NCBI GenBank assembly: GCA_020635075.1
Contig: JACKAM010000001.1
Span: 963,402 to 1,027,401, forward strand
Origin: Pseudobdellovibrionaceae bacterium
GTDB lineage: Bacteria > Bdellovibrionota > Bdellovibrionia > Bdellovibrionales > UBA1609
Length of the DNA stretch: 64,000 nucleotides
Reading direction: 5' to 3'
Shown here: in pieces, positions 42,343 to 51,183 of the stretch
How the letters are laid out: every line of letters starts with the position of its first letter
How positions within the stretch are numbered: position 1 is the stretch's first letter
Notes under the pieces: generated by a model
What the model saw: only the letters and a program-made list of their open reading frames with translations
Told to the model about the DNA's origin: nothing
Database searches by the model: none
Made by a program: the position numbers and the translations under genes

Positions 42343-43929
42343 TTAAACCTGAGTGGCTTCAAACACACTTGGTGCCCGTGCCGACTTCTTCTTCTTAATA
42401 AACAAGGCCACTGCAGCCAACAATCCCAATGCCACGTATATGAGGGTTGAGCTATCGCCGCCAAGTCCACCAATACCGCCGGCACCATCTGCACTCGTTG
42501 CCGCATCACCAGGAATGGTAGGCGCTCCCGCAATAGGTTGTGGGGAAGGAGGTGGCGGTGCCATATCTCCGCCTGGAACGGGAGGTGGTGGCGGAGGCGG
42601 AGCCCCCGTTGTGGTACCGCTCGATGCCATATCCTGTAGGCCTGCCTCAAAATCAGGTCCGGGAGGAGGTGGCGGCGGAGCGCCGGCTCCGGGCATATCA
42701 TTGTTAAAGTCATTGGCGACGCCCGACATGGCGCTATCCAACTCAGGTGGCGCATCATTGGCGGCCAATTTGGTATTCAGAGAGCCTAAATCATCTTTCC
42801 AATAACGAAGTGACATCCCTTCGGCCACTTCAGATTTTGATTCCACTTCGCCGTTGGTTGCCCAAACTTCTTTCCACGCATCAGGAAAGCCAAGTAAGGA
42901 GGCTGAAAACGAACGGATGTTATCACCCACCTGAGTCACATATTCCTGGGCGGCCTGTCCCACGTCCTCATAGGCCACTTTCATTGAGCCAGAGTCATTT
43001 GGACGATTAGGGGAGTTGTAATAGAGTTTGTCCCCTGGGTCAGCACCACTGGCCAGGTGAGGGTTATCCTCCAACAGAGTGGCCGTGCGGTCTTCGCCAA
43101 AAATCTTCTGGCTCACACTGGATAGATCGGTGTCCTGGCGAAATATGTAGACGGTGTTCAATAGGCGTCCATTGCGATAAAATGGAGCGTCCTTAATTTT
43201 CTTGACGGGAATCCACGATTGGGCGGGAGCTTCATCCGCATACCCTTCGTCTGCGGCAGCCACTTCCATCGGAGCGGCAGCTAGCTCGTCCGGGTTTTCC
43301 ACCTGGGCATCAGGGTATTCCCCCTCGGCTCCAACTTCCTCCGCTCCCACATCGGCAGCAGCGATGTCTCCGCCTTCAGCAGCAGGCTCATTAAAGGCAT
43401 CTTCCGAAGATCCATCCAGGGCTTCAAGCGTGGGTTCTCCCCCTTCTTCCTGTGCCACTTCACGGTCAGCGCCTTCTTCACCCTCTTCAAAGTCTTCGAA
43501 TTCGTCGAACCCCTCTTCATCTCCTCCGGCGACCTCTTCACCCTCTTCGGCAAAGTCTTCATCTTCGAAGTCTTCATCAGCAAACTCTTCGTCTTCGAAT
43601 TCACCTTCCTCGTCTCCAGCGGCCATTTCATCGCCCGCCTCTTCATCACCACCTTCTTCGACGGCGGCTTGTTCTCCTTCTTCGCCTTCCTCGTACTCAG
43701 AGGCGAATTCTTCTTCAGCCCCACCTTCTTCATCGCTCTCACTGAGAAGGCTCTCTTCGTCACCGCCTTCTTCTTCTGAGATATCAGAAGTGGCTTCGTC
43801 GATTTCAGAGACAAGATTGGAATCCTCGTCCACTCCTTCACCACTCGTAGACCCACAGGACCACAAATTGGTTGCAAGAAGCAGCATCATCAATGTGCGA
43901 ATTGCCAACGACATCTTACCCATAAGCAT
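42343..43929 (-). CDS. highly acidic lipoprotein with a LysM/FimV-like segment, a poly-Pro region and a C-terminal TM anchor
   Basis: Lipobox LATNLWSCG, then about 200 aa of D/E-rich sequence. The LysM-like segment is YIFRQDTDLSSVSQKIFGEDRTATLLEDNP. It also has PPPPPPGP/PPPPPPPVP and C-terminal LIYVALGLLAAVALFIKKKK. Confidence 0.7.
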   Translation of the reverse strand: MLMGKMSLAIRTLMMLLLATNLWSCGSTSGEGVDEDSNLVSEIDEATSDISEEEGGDEESLLSESDEEGGAEEEFASEYEEGEEGEQAAVEEGGDEEAGDEMAAGDEEGEFEDEEFADEDFEDEDFAEEGEEVAGGDEEGFDEFEDFEEGEEGADREVAQEEGGEPTLEALDGSSEDAFNEPAAEGGDIAAADVGAEEVGAEGEYPDAQVENPDELAAAPMEVAAADEGYADEAPAQSWIPVKKIKDAPFYRNGRLLNTVYIFRQDTDLSSVSQKIFGEDRTATLLEDNPHLASGADPGDKLYYNSPNRPNDSGSMKVAYEDVGQAAQEYVTQVGDNIRSFSASLLGFPDAWKEVWATNGEVESKSEVAEGMSLRYWKDDLGSLNTKLAANDAPPELDSAMSGVANDFNNDMPGAGAPPPPPPGPDFEAGLQDMASSGTTTGAPPPPPPPVPGGDMAPPPPSPQPIAGAPTIPGDAATSADGAGGIGGLGGDSSTLIYVALGLLAAVALFIKKKKSARAPSVFEATQV

Positions 43930-44091
43930 TCCTTCCTACGGGATATTATCGTATGTATAGACAGTTTTCTTAACCAAAACGGGACCCGTCATCAGTCGAG
44001 AAATTACTCAGCGAGGGGGTTTCAGCGATTGTTCTCGACCTTGGTGAGAAGACATACCCAACCTTAGATGGGTCCCTCACTAGACTAAGGC

Positions 44092-44118
44092 AAAAAAAAT
44101 GGCCCCCGCAAGGAGGCC
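44092..44118 (-). terminator. rho-independent terminator with no annotated upstream gene
   Basis: On the minus strand, GGCCTCC-TTGC-GGGGGCC is followed by A + 8 T. No credible minus-strand CDS lies between it and 44498. Confidence 0.75.
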
Positions 44119-44446
44119 ACAAAGCGAATGGGGTGAACCAAGATCTCTTTTTTAAGAGAGAATCCGTTGCTGTCTCCTTAAGCAAATGACAGTCCAGACG
44201 AAGGTCCCAGGCTCTCACGGGTGAACCCCATGTTTTCAACACCTTAAGATGGCTTCCTGGGAGAACCCTTTGAATTCGGCTGTCAGCCTTTGGACAAAGT
44301 GACCTTCTTGGCCGTCACCTCCGCCCTAGGTCGAGGCTCTTGAGTTCAGGTAAGGCTGAATCTTTAAAACTGTCTTAGGTTAATCCACTGACTCTCTCAA
44401 TTCGATACAACTAATTGGAAATCCACAGATTTTTCTGTCACTTACT

Positions 44447-44473
44447 CTAATGTCTCGCTTTAGATTCCGATAA
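44447..44473 (+). promoter_or_regulatory. weak sigma28-type promoter candidate
   Basis: CTAA-N15-TCCGATAA, 25-40 nt upstream of the 44499/44514 start. Confidence 0.25.
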
Positions 44474-44498
44474 TTCATAGAGAACTTGGATTTGTTTT

Positions 44499-45947
44499 GT
44501 GGGGAGATTTCTTATGGTGGCGTTTATTCGTTATTGGCTGAGATGGTCCATTTTGCTGCAGTTCTTGATTGTAAGCAGCATGGTTTTGTCAGCGGCCGTA
44601 TTCACCTCCGGTTGCGGCTCGGAAGGAACTTCTGATTCCGCCTCCTCAGGCGATGACGACGACGATGATGATGGCGGCGGCACCAACCCACCGGTGGGCG
44701 AAGTCGACAACGACAACTTTTGGATTCGCGTCTATGACACTGCTAAATATCCTTATCACATGCATGCCACCACCGGATTTGCCGATGAATGTAAGATCGA
44801 CGCGGCGGCAACCGACCAGACCTTGGATTGCGTTATTGAGATGAACGAAGGGGATCTTTACTTCCACCAACTACAAATGCATTACAACGTACCTCCCGAT
44901 ATGTGTACCTATCTCACTCGGACTCCCTACTTCTTCTATAACCAGGAGCCAGGAATTGGTCCCTCTACGGTTAACTACGAAGTCGCCTACTCGACCACTG
45001 GGAGCCTGGTCGGCCACAACTGTACGGTGGATGGCGTTGCCAACACAGCCAATAGCTCAACTGGACCTAATGGATCCCCGGATGGTGCGGGCTGTAGTAT
45101 TGACAATGCCCAACTTAACTTCAGAGAACTCAATTTCGACCCACAGAACGCCGCAGTGAGCTGTGTCTACGATCAACAGCAAACAGGAGGAGCCAACTGC
45201 TGCTTTGGTGACTACACAATGAGTCTGACAATATGGCGCGAGGACAGCGGTGGGGCATTCTCGGCGTCCAGCACCTCCATTGATGGCAAATGGGGAGGCA
45301 GTTTTACAAGCTGCCTGGGTGGCCCTGTCCGCACCAATGCGTGGACGGACAAGAGTAACGACGGCTGGCCGCTGAATCTCATCAGTTATGTCTTTGGCGA
45401 AGGTCTTAACACCACCTTCAATCTGGCTAAGCTCATCGAGGAGCCAAAGGGCTATGACACCCTGACTATCGCTAATCACTACAGCACGCTCGCCGGCGTT
45501 CACGATCATACAGATTTTGAGAATGGGTCCGCATGGGCTTCTTCCAAGCCATATATGATTGACCCTCTTGATGACCGCAGTGGGTCTGACATGAGAGGCT
45601 GGACCACATCCGACTCTTATGATTTCAAGTGTCTGGACAAAGCCTTTGAAGTGCGCAATCGCATTCGCGTCTACATCCGTGAGTGGGACGCCTATGCTGA
45701 TTACCTGGCCTACATTTCCTCGGCGGGTGTGACGGTAGCGCCCGATCGTTACGGAATAAGTGAAGGTGACCCCAGCTGCGTGGGTATTTATGGCCCCTGT
45801 AATGACAAATACGATATCGACGATCTCGTCTATAGCTTCCAAAACGGAACTGGCATTTGCGCAGGGACTGACGCCACCTATGATTCTTGCTACGATCAGT
45901 CCACCGTATCTAACCGAAAGAACTTCTTTCCTGGAATCGAATACTAG
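44499..45947 (+). CDS. lipoprotein of unknown function with a poly-Asp linker
   Basis: Lipobox VFTSGC followed by SSGDDDDDDDGGG. It is Cys-rich and globular. The likely start is the ATG at 44514 (GGGGAG 7 nt upstream). Confidence 0.75.
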   Translation: MGRFLMVAFIRYWLRWSILLQFLIVSSMVLSAAVFTSGCGSEGTSDSASSGDDDDDDDGGGTNPPVGEVDNDNFWIRVYDTAKYPYHMHATTGFADECKIDAAATDQTLDCVIEMNEGDLYFHQLQMHYNVPPDMCTYLTRTPYFFYNQEPGIGPSTVNYEVAYSTTGSLVGHNCTVDGVANTANSSTGPNGSPDGAGCSIDNAQLNFRELNFDPQNAAVSCVYDQQQTGGANCCFGDYTMSLTIWREDSGGAFSASSTSIDGKWGGSFTSCLGGPVRTNAWTDKSNDGWPLNLISYVFGEGLNTTFNLAKLIEEPKGYDTLTIANHYSTLAGVHDHTDFENGSAWASSKPYMIDPLDDRSGSDMRGWTTSDSYDFKCLDKAFEVRNRIRVYIREWDAYADYLAYISSAGVTVAPDRYGISEGDPSCVGIYGPCNDKYDIDDLVYSFQNGTGICAGTDATYDSCYDQSTVSNRKNFFPGIEY

Positions 45948-45987
45948 TCCAAAAGCCAGAAATGACTGCCAAAATGCCTTTAGTTGA

Positions 45988-46512
45988 GTGTGCAATGCCC
46001 TCATAAAGGCTTTTTGGTATAGTCGGTCTATGGCCAGCTCTCCCGAACCCCAGGAAAAGATTCTCATCGAGACCATTCCCTCCCAGGACACCTGGGCCTT
46101 TCGCCAAAAAGTGCTACTGCCCCACCTGTCCGTCGAGGAATGTCGATTCAGTAACGACAACATGTCGGGATCCTTTCACCTGGGGGCCTTTGTTGAAGGC
46201 AAACTCACCGGCGTCGCATCTTTTTATCCCGAGATTAATGAGAACATTGCCTACTCAGGCAAAAACCCCTACCGACTCCGACAGATGGGCACCCTTCCGG
46301 AAATGCAAAAGCAAGGAATAGCACGAAAGCTGTTGGACACCGCCGTCTCCTACCTGCAAATGAAAAACTGTGAGCTCCTGTGGTGTCACGCCCGAGAAAA
46401 GGCCTTCCCTTTCTACGAGAAAATGGGTTTCACCTATCAGAGTGATCTCTTCGATGTCCCCAATATCGGCCCCCATCGGCTCATGACTCTCGACGTTCCA
46501 CCGATGGATTAA
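45988..46512 (+). CDS. GNAT-family N-acetyltransferase
   Basis: QKQGIARKLL (Q/RxxGxG/A acetyl-CoA motif) and C-terminal FYEKMGF. The start may be 46030. Confidence 0.8.
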   Translation: MCNALIKAFWYSRSMASSPEPQEKILIETIPSQDTWAFRQKVLLPHLSVEECRFSNDNMSGSFHLGAFVEGKLTGVASFYPEINENIAYSGKNPYRLRQMGTLPEMQKQGIARKLLDTAVSYLQMKNCELLWCHAREKAFPFYEKMGFTYQSDLFDVPNIGPHRLMTLDVPPMD

Positions 46513-46522
46513 CGGGCTTGAC

Positions 46523-47512
46523 TCAAAAACACTCGGTTGAATTGTCTTCTATACGACCCCAGATGAATGTCGGTGCCGTTGAACCCAAGGCCCAGTGAGC
46601 TAGGCCATCATCGTCCCAGGCCACGGCAATTGCTGCCAGACTCATTTCCCGTTCAAGCCCTTCTTTAAGAATGTCTCCCAAGGCTTCAGAAAGCCCTTGG
46701 CCTTCATCCACCCGGGTGGCCACCCGAACAGCCAAGGCCAAATCGATGATTTGCTCTCCCCTCCCGGTACAACTGACCGCCGCCCGTCGGCTGGTATAGT
46801 TCCCGGCAATGGTTGGTGTGTCCCCAACTCGGCCTCGAGGCTCATAACCAACCCCACCGGTACTGGTGACACTGGCCAAATGTTTTTTCCCATCCAGACT
46901 CACACATCCTATGGTGCCGTGGGAGCCCGTCCGACGCGGATTCTCCATCATCTGCTTGATCCAGCGAGCACTACGGGTCGCCGTGACCATCTCAAATCTT
47001 GGTAAATCCCACTGGCGGATCAGGTCTTCAACACCATCCGCATCACGGATGCCGTGCTTCTCCCCCTGTAAAGCAAAGGCCAGCAGGGAGGCGAAGGGAT
47101 AATCCTGCCCGTTCATCACAGCTGTAAACTGTCGATATTGGCTCTCCATAAAACTGGCACTCAAACGGGCCTTGCCGTCTTCCTGTAACACGCTACCAAT
47201 TCCGGCATTAAAACTTGGGTGCCTTTCCATAGCCACGGCTACATTTAAAGCCATTCTGGTCGCTGGGCAATCCACCTGCCGGGCGGGGTGCGACAGCCAA
47301 CCCAACTCAGCGGGAGGTTGAGTTTTATGCTGCAACTCCGAGATGATCGTTTGCAGTGCTGTTCGGGCCTCTTGAATGCGCTCACCCTTAGGGTCCCCCG
47401 GGCCGGCTCCACCGTGAATCAAGGTCAATGGTCTCTGAACCAAGTTACCGAGCTCACGACTTCCAGTGCGCAAATAGATCTCTGACAATCTCTCATCCAT
47501 GCTCAGCTCCAC
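46523..47512 (-). CDS. isoaspartyl peptidase / L-asparaginase (Ntn hydrolase, Asparaginase_2)
   Basis: HGTIGCVSLD (autocleavage Thr), TSTGG and GRVGDTPTIAG. Confidence 0.9.
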   Translation of the reverse strand: MELSMDERLSEIYLRTGSRELGNLVQRPLTLIHGGAGPGDPKGERIQEARTALQTIISELQHKTQPPAELGWLSHPARQVDCPATRMALNVAVAMERHPSFNAGIGSVLQEDGKARLSASFMESQYRQFTAVMNGQDYPFASLLAFALQGEKHGIRDADGVEDLIRQWDLPRFEMVTATRSARWIKQMMENPRRTGSHGTIGCVSLDGKKHLASVTSTGGVGYEPRGRVGDTPTIAGNYTSRRAAVSCTGRGEQIIDLALAVRVATRVDEGQGLSEALGDILKEGLEREMSLAAIAVAWDDDGLAHWALGSTAPTFIWGRIEDNSTECF

Positions 47513-47649
47513 CTTAGACTGGAAAAACTAGTTCTTTTGGCCAGCTATTGTCCATCCTAAAGCTTCAAATCCAGGGCCTAACGCAAAGCCTCAAGCCTAC
47601 AGGATCTTGGTTTTTTACTCTGCTGTTTCTATAATTAAGAATCAATTGA

Positions 47650-48312
47650 TTGCCACTTATCAAGACCAGAGGATTTTCACCTATGAGTTCCCCTCGCCAA
47701 AGTTTTTGGAGCCTCTATGATCAAATGGAAGATCATCAAATCGATGGCCTTCAATTGCACGATGTGGTTTTAATCGTAAGGTCCATTGCCCCCAAGAATC
47801 GCAATCACTGGCTGGCCTGGAAGACCGGAGAAAAATCCTGGAAGCCCCTTTTGGAGTTTTCAGAAATCGAACAAGGTTCAAAGGAGGAGGCCCCGCCCCT
47901 TCCCGGCATGGGACCAGACGAGGAAGTCACCAAGACCGTGACTTTTATCCGCGTTGGACAGCTACCAAACACAGAGGAAGAGGGTGCCGTGGGTACCGGA
48001 AGCTTAATGATTGAGGACATGGATACCGAAGACCGCCGTTCCTCCACTCGCTTTCACAAGTCATTTAAGGTAAAAATCGAGGGCACCTCCGGGCAGGTCT
48101 TCAAAACCAACACTCTTGATGTGTCACTCGACGGAGTGCAGTTGCAGGAGGCTGTTCCCGACTGGTCGGGAGAGCTCTTCCGCATGGAGCTCTGGCGTGG
48201 CGATGAGCATATCGATGTGCTCTGTGAGCGGACTGGAAAAGGCGAGCACACAACCTTGATCATTCGAGAAAATCCGCGGGAGGAGCTCCTGCGCAAGTGG
48301 TTATTAGGGTAA
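47650..48312 (+). CDS. PilZ domain protein with a GYF_2-like N-terminal segment
   Basis: RRSSTR...DVSLDG. The N-terminus is W..Y....DGL......LAWKTGEKSWKPLLEFSEI. The likely start is the ATG at 47683 (AGAGGA upstream). Confidence 0.8.
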   Translation: MPLIKTRGFSPMSSPRQSFWSLYDQMEDHQIDGLQLHDVVLIVRSIAPKNRNHWLAWKTGEKSWKPLLEFSEIEQGSKEEAPPLPGMGPDEEVTKTVTFIRVGQLPNTEEEGAVGTGSLMIEDMDTEDRRSSTRFHKSFKVKIEGTSGQVFKTNTLDVSLDGVQLQEAVPDWSGELFRMELWRGDEHIDVLCERTGKGEHTTLIIRENPREELLRKWLLG

Positions 48313-48313
48313 G

Positions 48314-49096
48314 ATGGAAGGCATTCGTCTACACAATTGGATTTCTCGCATCCTTGGCCTGTACAAGAATAATGAAGTTCTATCACCAAAACTGACCACC
48401 CAACGCCTGGCGGCTGAAAACTCGCTTGATCGCAGGAAGGCGGCGCGGATTCACTATCCAGAGCACGGGGCGGTGGGAAATCTTCCGGAAATTCATTTTG
48501 AAGGAAAACCCATGCGCATATATGACATCAGTCTGGGAGGGACCTGCCTCATCGATGACTTGGATTATCTTCAATCGACAGCTGGCAACACCATCACCCT
48601 TGATTTGGTTTGGAAGGACAAAGTCATCCCCCAGCCATCCTTGATCGTGGCGGCCGGCTTTGACAAAAGGCACATCCGTTTTTTGGATTTGGACACTCAG
48701 TCCTATGTCCGCCTCAATCTGCTTCTTAAACCCGGTTATCTAGGCTTGCGCATGAGGAAAATACCAATGGACGATGCCAAACATCTCCAGGTGGGGGCCG
48801 AAGAGATGTGGGTCGGAATTTCTGGCGAAGCCATTACCCTTTTCCCCAATATGGAAAAAAACCTGCCCATTGGGGAGATCACTCTGTACGGACATAGCGT
48901 CCTGGTATATGCGGATGCCCCGCCGGTTTATAAATTTCAAAGCCGGGACGGCCTCCCGGGACAGAGGATTCGCGAACAACTTCTCCATGACCTTTTGATA
49001 TTTGCTGTGAACATCAAGAACCCCAGCGAAAGGATGATGGACCTCATCTACTGTCTCACCGATGCCCACAAAGAACACGAAAGGCGTAAAGAGTGA
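48314..49096 (+). CDS. PilZ domain protein with an unknown C-terminal domain
   Basis: RRKAARIHYPE...IYDISLGG, with a 1-nt gap to the upstream gene. Confidence 0.8.
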   Translation: MEGIRLHNWISRILGLYKNNEVLSPKLTTQRLAAENSLDRRKAARIHYPEHGAVGNLPEIHFEGKPMRIYDISLGGTCLIDDLDYLQSTAGNTITLDLVWKDKVIPQPSLIVAAGFDKRHIRFLDLDTQSYVRLNLLLKPGYLGLRMRKIPMDDAKHLQVGAEEMWVGISGEAITLFPNMEKNLPIGEITLYGHSVLVYADAPPVYKFQSRDGLPGQRIREQLLHDLLIFAVNIKNPSERMMDLIYCLTDAHKEHERRKE

Positions 49097-51183
49097 AAAA
49101 CAGTGATCAACTTTCTTTTGATCACTTTCGCCCGGTAATAAAACCGGGCCGCATTCTTCCTCAAGGATCCAAGATCATCTACGAAACCAGTGAGCCTTTT
49201 AACCAGATCATCCTGCCCATCGAGCTTGCCGACCTGTTGGTGCTGTGTAACGGCAAGTTCACCATGCGTGAAGTGATTGAAAAGATCTATAAACGACAAG
49301 GTGTGGTGCACTTCAAGTCTGTCTTTACTGCCATCTACCGTTTGAAGGACAGAGGGTTCCTTGAAAATGGTGGGGAGTTGATTGACTCGCCCACCAGGAC
49401 CCATCTGACCGAACCTCATCAGTCGGTCTTTCTTAGGCCATTGATTGAAATCTTCTTTGGTCAGCGGATCAGTAATGACAAAACCCATCCTTTCCTGTTT
49501 TATTTTCTATCCATGGCCATGATTGTCCTAGCCCTCCTTGGCCTGCAGAATATCCCCAGCGATTTTTTTGGCACCAAATTCTTTCGCATTAACGGCAGCT
49601 ATGCTCTAGGGGTTCTCTATTTTATCGGTCTCTCCAGCATACTTTTGTCGTTAAAGAGTTTTTTTAAGGCGATCATGCTTTTGTTCCTCACGGGACGAGT
49701 CTACAACTTTCGCCTTGTTTTGAACCTTTTTGGTATTCACTTCAAGGTGGGAAACGAATCCCTGTTTCTCCTTTTCAACAAGCTCTATTTGACCATTTTT
49801 CATCTGAGCCTTGCCCTTTCTCACTTTGTTTTTGTTTCTATTCTTTACTGGCTCACCCCGGATCTGCCGCTGTTAAGTCAGTCTCTATTTATCGCTTTGG
49901 TTTTGACCCTGATTGACCTTAACCCGTTTACCGAGAGTGAATTCTCCCTCTATTTCAAGGCCCTTTGCGAAGATGATGGCCTCAATCAACTCACCGCCTA
50001 TATCCCCAACAAAAATCTTTTGAGCGTCCTGACCCCCTCCGGCAATTCCCGTTACCAGGGAGTGGTCTTGGCTTTCTGGCACATGGCGGGACTGTGGATG
50101 ATTGCCACCTGTTATCTCCTCTATCAGGTCAACAAACACAACTCGGCCCTTATCCGCTTCAGCTTGGAAACTGACCCTCACGCGGAAAAGATCGCAGCCC
50201 TGGTATTGGCCGGGCTCTATCTCACAGCCATTGTGGTCCTTTTACAGGATATTTACCAAGTCATTATGCCTCTCATATCCAGGCCCATCAAAAATCGTTA
50301 CCATCGAGTGCTTCGTCGCTTTCGCAGTATTAAATCCTCGGACTTCACCCCGGAATCACTACTATTTGCCGTTCGTGATTTGCCCTTGTTTTCCTATTTT
50401 TCAGACCCTCTCCTGGAGAAGGTGATCCGGCAATCCCAGGTGAGATCCTTTCCGGCTGGTACCAGAGTGATTATTCAGGGAGATGTGGGGCGACACATGT
50501 ATGTTCTCCTGCGGGGAGGCCTGGCTGTGCGAAGAGCAGCGAATAGGGGCGCTGAGAAAATTGGGGAAGTTCTGCCGGTCTCTATTTTTGGCGAAGTTGC
50601 TGTCATTGAGGAGATCCGCCGGACGGCGGAGGTTGTCACTGAGGAACCAAGCGTAATCCTGGAGATTCCGGCTGAAGTGATACGCGAAGCCTCAGCCGAA
50701 TCCCAGTACATTCGTGAAATAGAAGATTTCAAGAATGCCATTATGGTCTCGCAGTATTTCACAAGTGCCCCCATGTTTCGTAATCTGCCAGAGGATATCG
50801 TCCAGCTGTTTCTAAGCCATGGGCGAATTGAACCCGCTCGCGAAGGGGAGATCGTCTTCCACCAGGGAAGCCGAGGAGATGGGTTTTACCTACTGATTCG
50901 TGGCTCAGTTGGAATCAGCATCAACGGCGTCCAGGTCAAAAAAATCCATCAAGGGGGATTTTTTGGGGAAATATCTGTGATAGCCGATATTCCCAGGACG
51001 GGAACTGTGACGGCCTTGGAAAACACACTGTTGTTGAGAATTAGTAACGACGCGTTTTGGGAGATCGTCACCCAAAACATTGAAATGGCCATGTTCATTG
51101 AGTCTGTCAGCGAAATGCGCATTGTCGAGGACATCGAGCTACTCAATCGCGGCATCCCTCAACAGGGGCAAGCGGTCGGATGA
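49093..51183 (+). CDS. polytopic membrane protein with a PqqD-like N-domain and two C-terminal cyclic-nucleotide-binding domains
   Basis: GTGA overlap with the upstream stop. The N-domain is ILPIELADLLVLCNGKFTMREVIEKIY, followed by about 8 TM helices. The CNB motifs are FGEVAVIEEIRRTAEV and FGEISVIADIPRTGTV. Confidence 0.85.
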   Translation: MKNSDQLSFDHFRPVIKPGRILPQGSKIIYETSEPFNQIILPIELADLLVLCNGKFTMREVIEKIYKRQGVVHFKSVFTAIYRLKDRGFLENGGELIDSPTRTHLTEPHQSVFLRPLIEIFFGQRISNDKTHPFLFYFLSMAMIVLALLGLQNIPSDFFGTKFFRINGSYALGVLYFIGLSSILLSLKSFFKAIMLLFLTGRVYNFRLVLNLFGIHFKVGNESLFLLFNKLYLTIFHLSLALSHFVFVSILYWLTPDLPLLSQSLFIALVLTLIDLNPFTESEFSLYFKALCEDDGLNQLTAYIPNKNLLSVLTPSGNSRYQGVVLAFWHMAGLWMIATCYLLYQVNKHNSALIRFSLETDPHAEKIAALVLAGLYLTAIVVLLQDIYQVIMPLISRPIKNRYHRVLRRFRSIKSSDFTPESLLFAVRDLPLFSYFSDPLLEKVIRQSQVRSFPAGTRVIIQGDVGRHMYVLLRGGLAVRRAANRGAEKIGEVLPVSIFGEVAVIEEIRRTAEVVTEEPSVILEIPAEVIREASAESQYIREIEDFKNAIMVSQYFTSAPMFRNLPEDIVQLFLSHGRIEPAREGEIVFHQGSRGDGFYLLIRGSVGISINGVQVKKIHQGGFFGEISVIADIPRTGTVTALENTLLLRISNDAFWEIVTQNIEMAMFIESVSEMRIVEDIELLNRGIPQQGQAVG

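Noticed and set aside
42353-43960. 150-aa and 252-aa + strand ORFs (Gly/Pro-rich and Ser-rich) opposite the acidic LysM-like gene
   Set aside because: These are composition artefacts: GAA/GAG/GAT-rich and CCN-rich sense codons give Ser/Leu- and Gly-rich antisense frames. The sense frame has a lipobox, a LysM-like core and a TM.
44130-44400. Possible Csr/Rsm-type sponge RNA because of several GGA motifs in the candidate sRNA
   Set aside because: I counted about 7 GGA triplets in about 300 nt, close to the random expectation, and they are not consistently in hairpin loops. I make no family call.
45057-46163. 368-aa antisense ORF opposite the 44499..45947 lipoprotein gene
   Set aside because: It is unusually long for an antisense frame. 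However, it spans the intergenic gap and the start of the GNAT gene, has no signal or motif, and the sense ORF has clear lipoprotein features. I treated it as a chance open frame, though ribosome profiling could revisit this.
47581-47592. ACGCAAAGCCTC, identical to the core of the GEMM-I c-di-GMP riboswitch, about 90 nt upstream of the PilZ operon
   Set aside because: It is thematically tempting, but only the 9-nt conserved core is meaningful, and that is expected about once by chance in this window. The upstream GGCAAAC/GNRA hairpin half and the 3' GGGUUACC element are missing. A cmscan with RF01051 would settle it.
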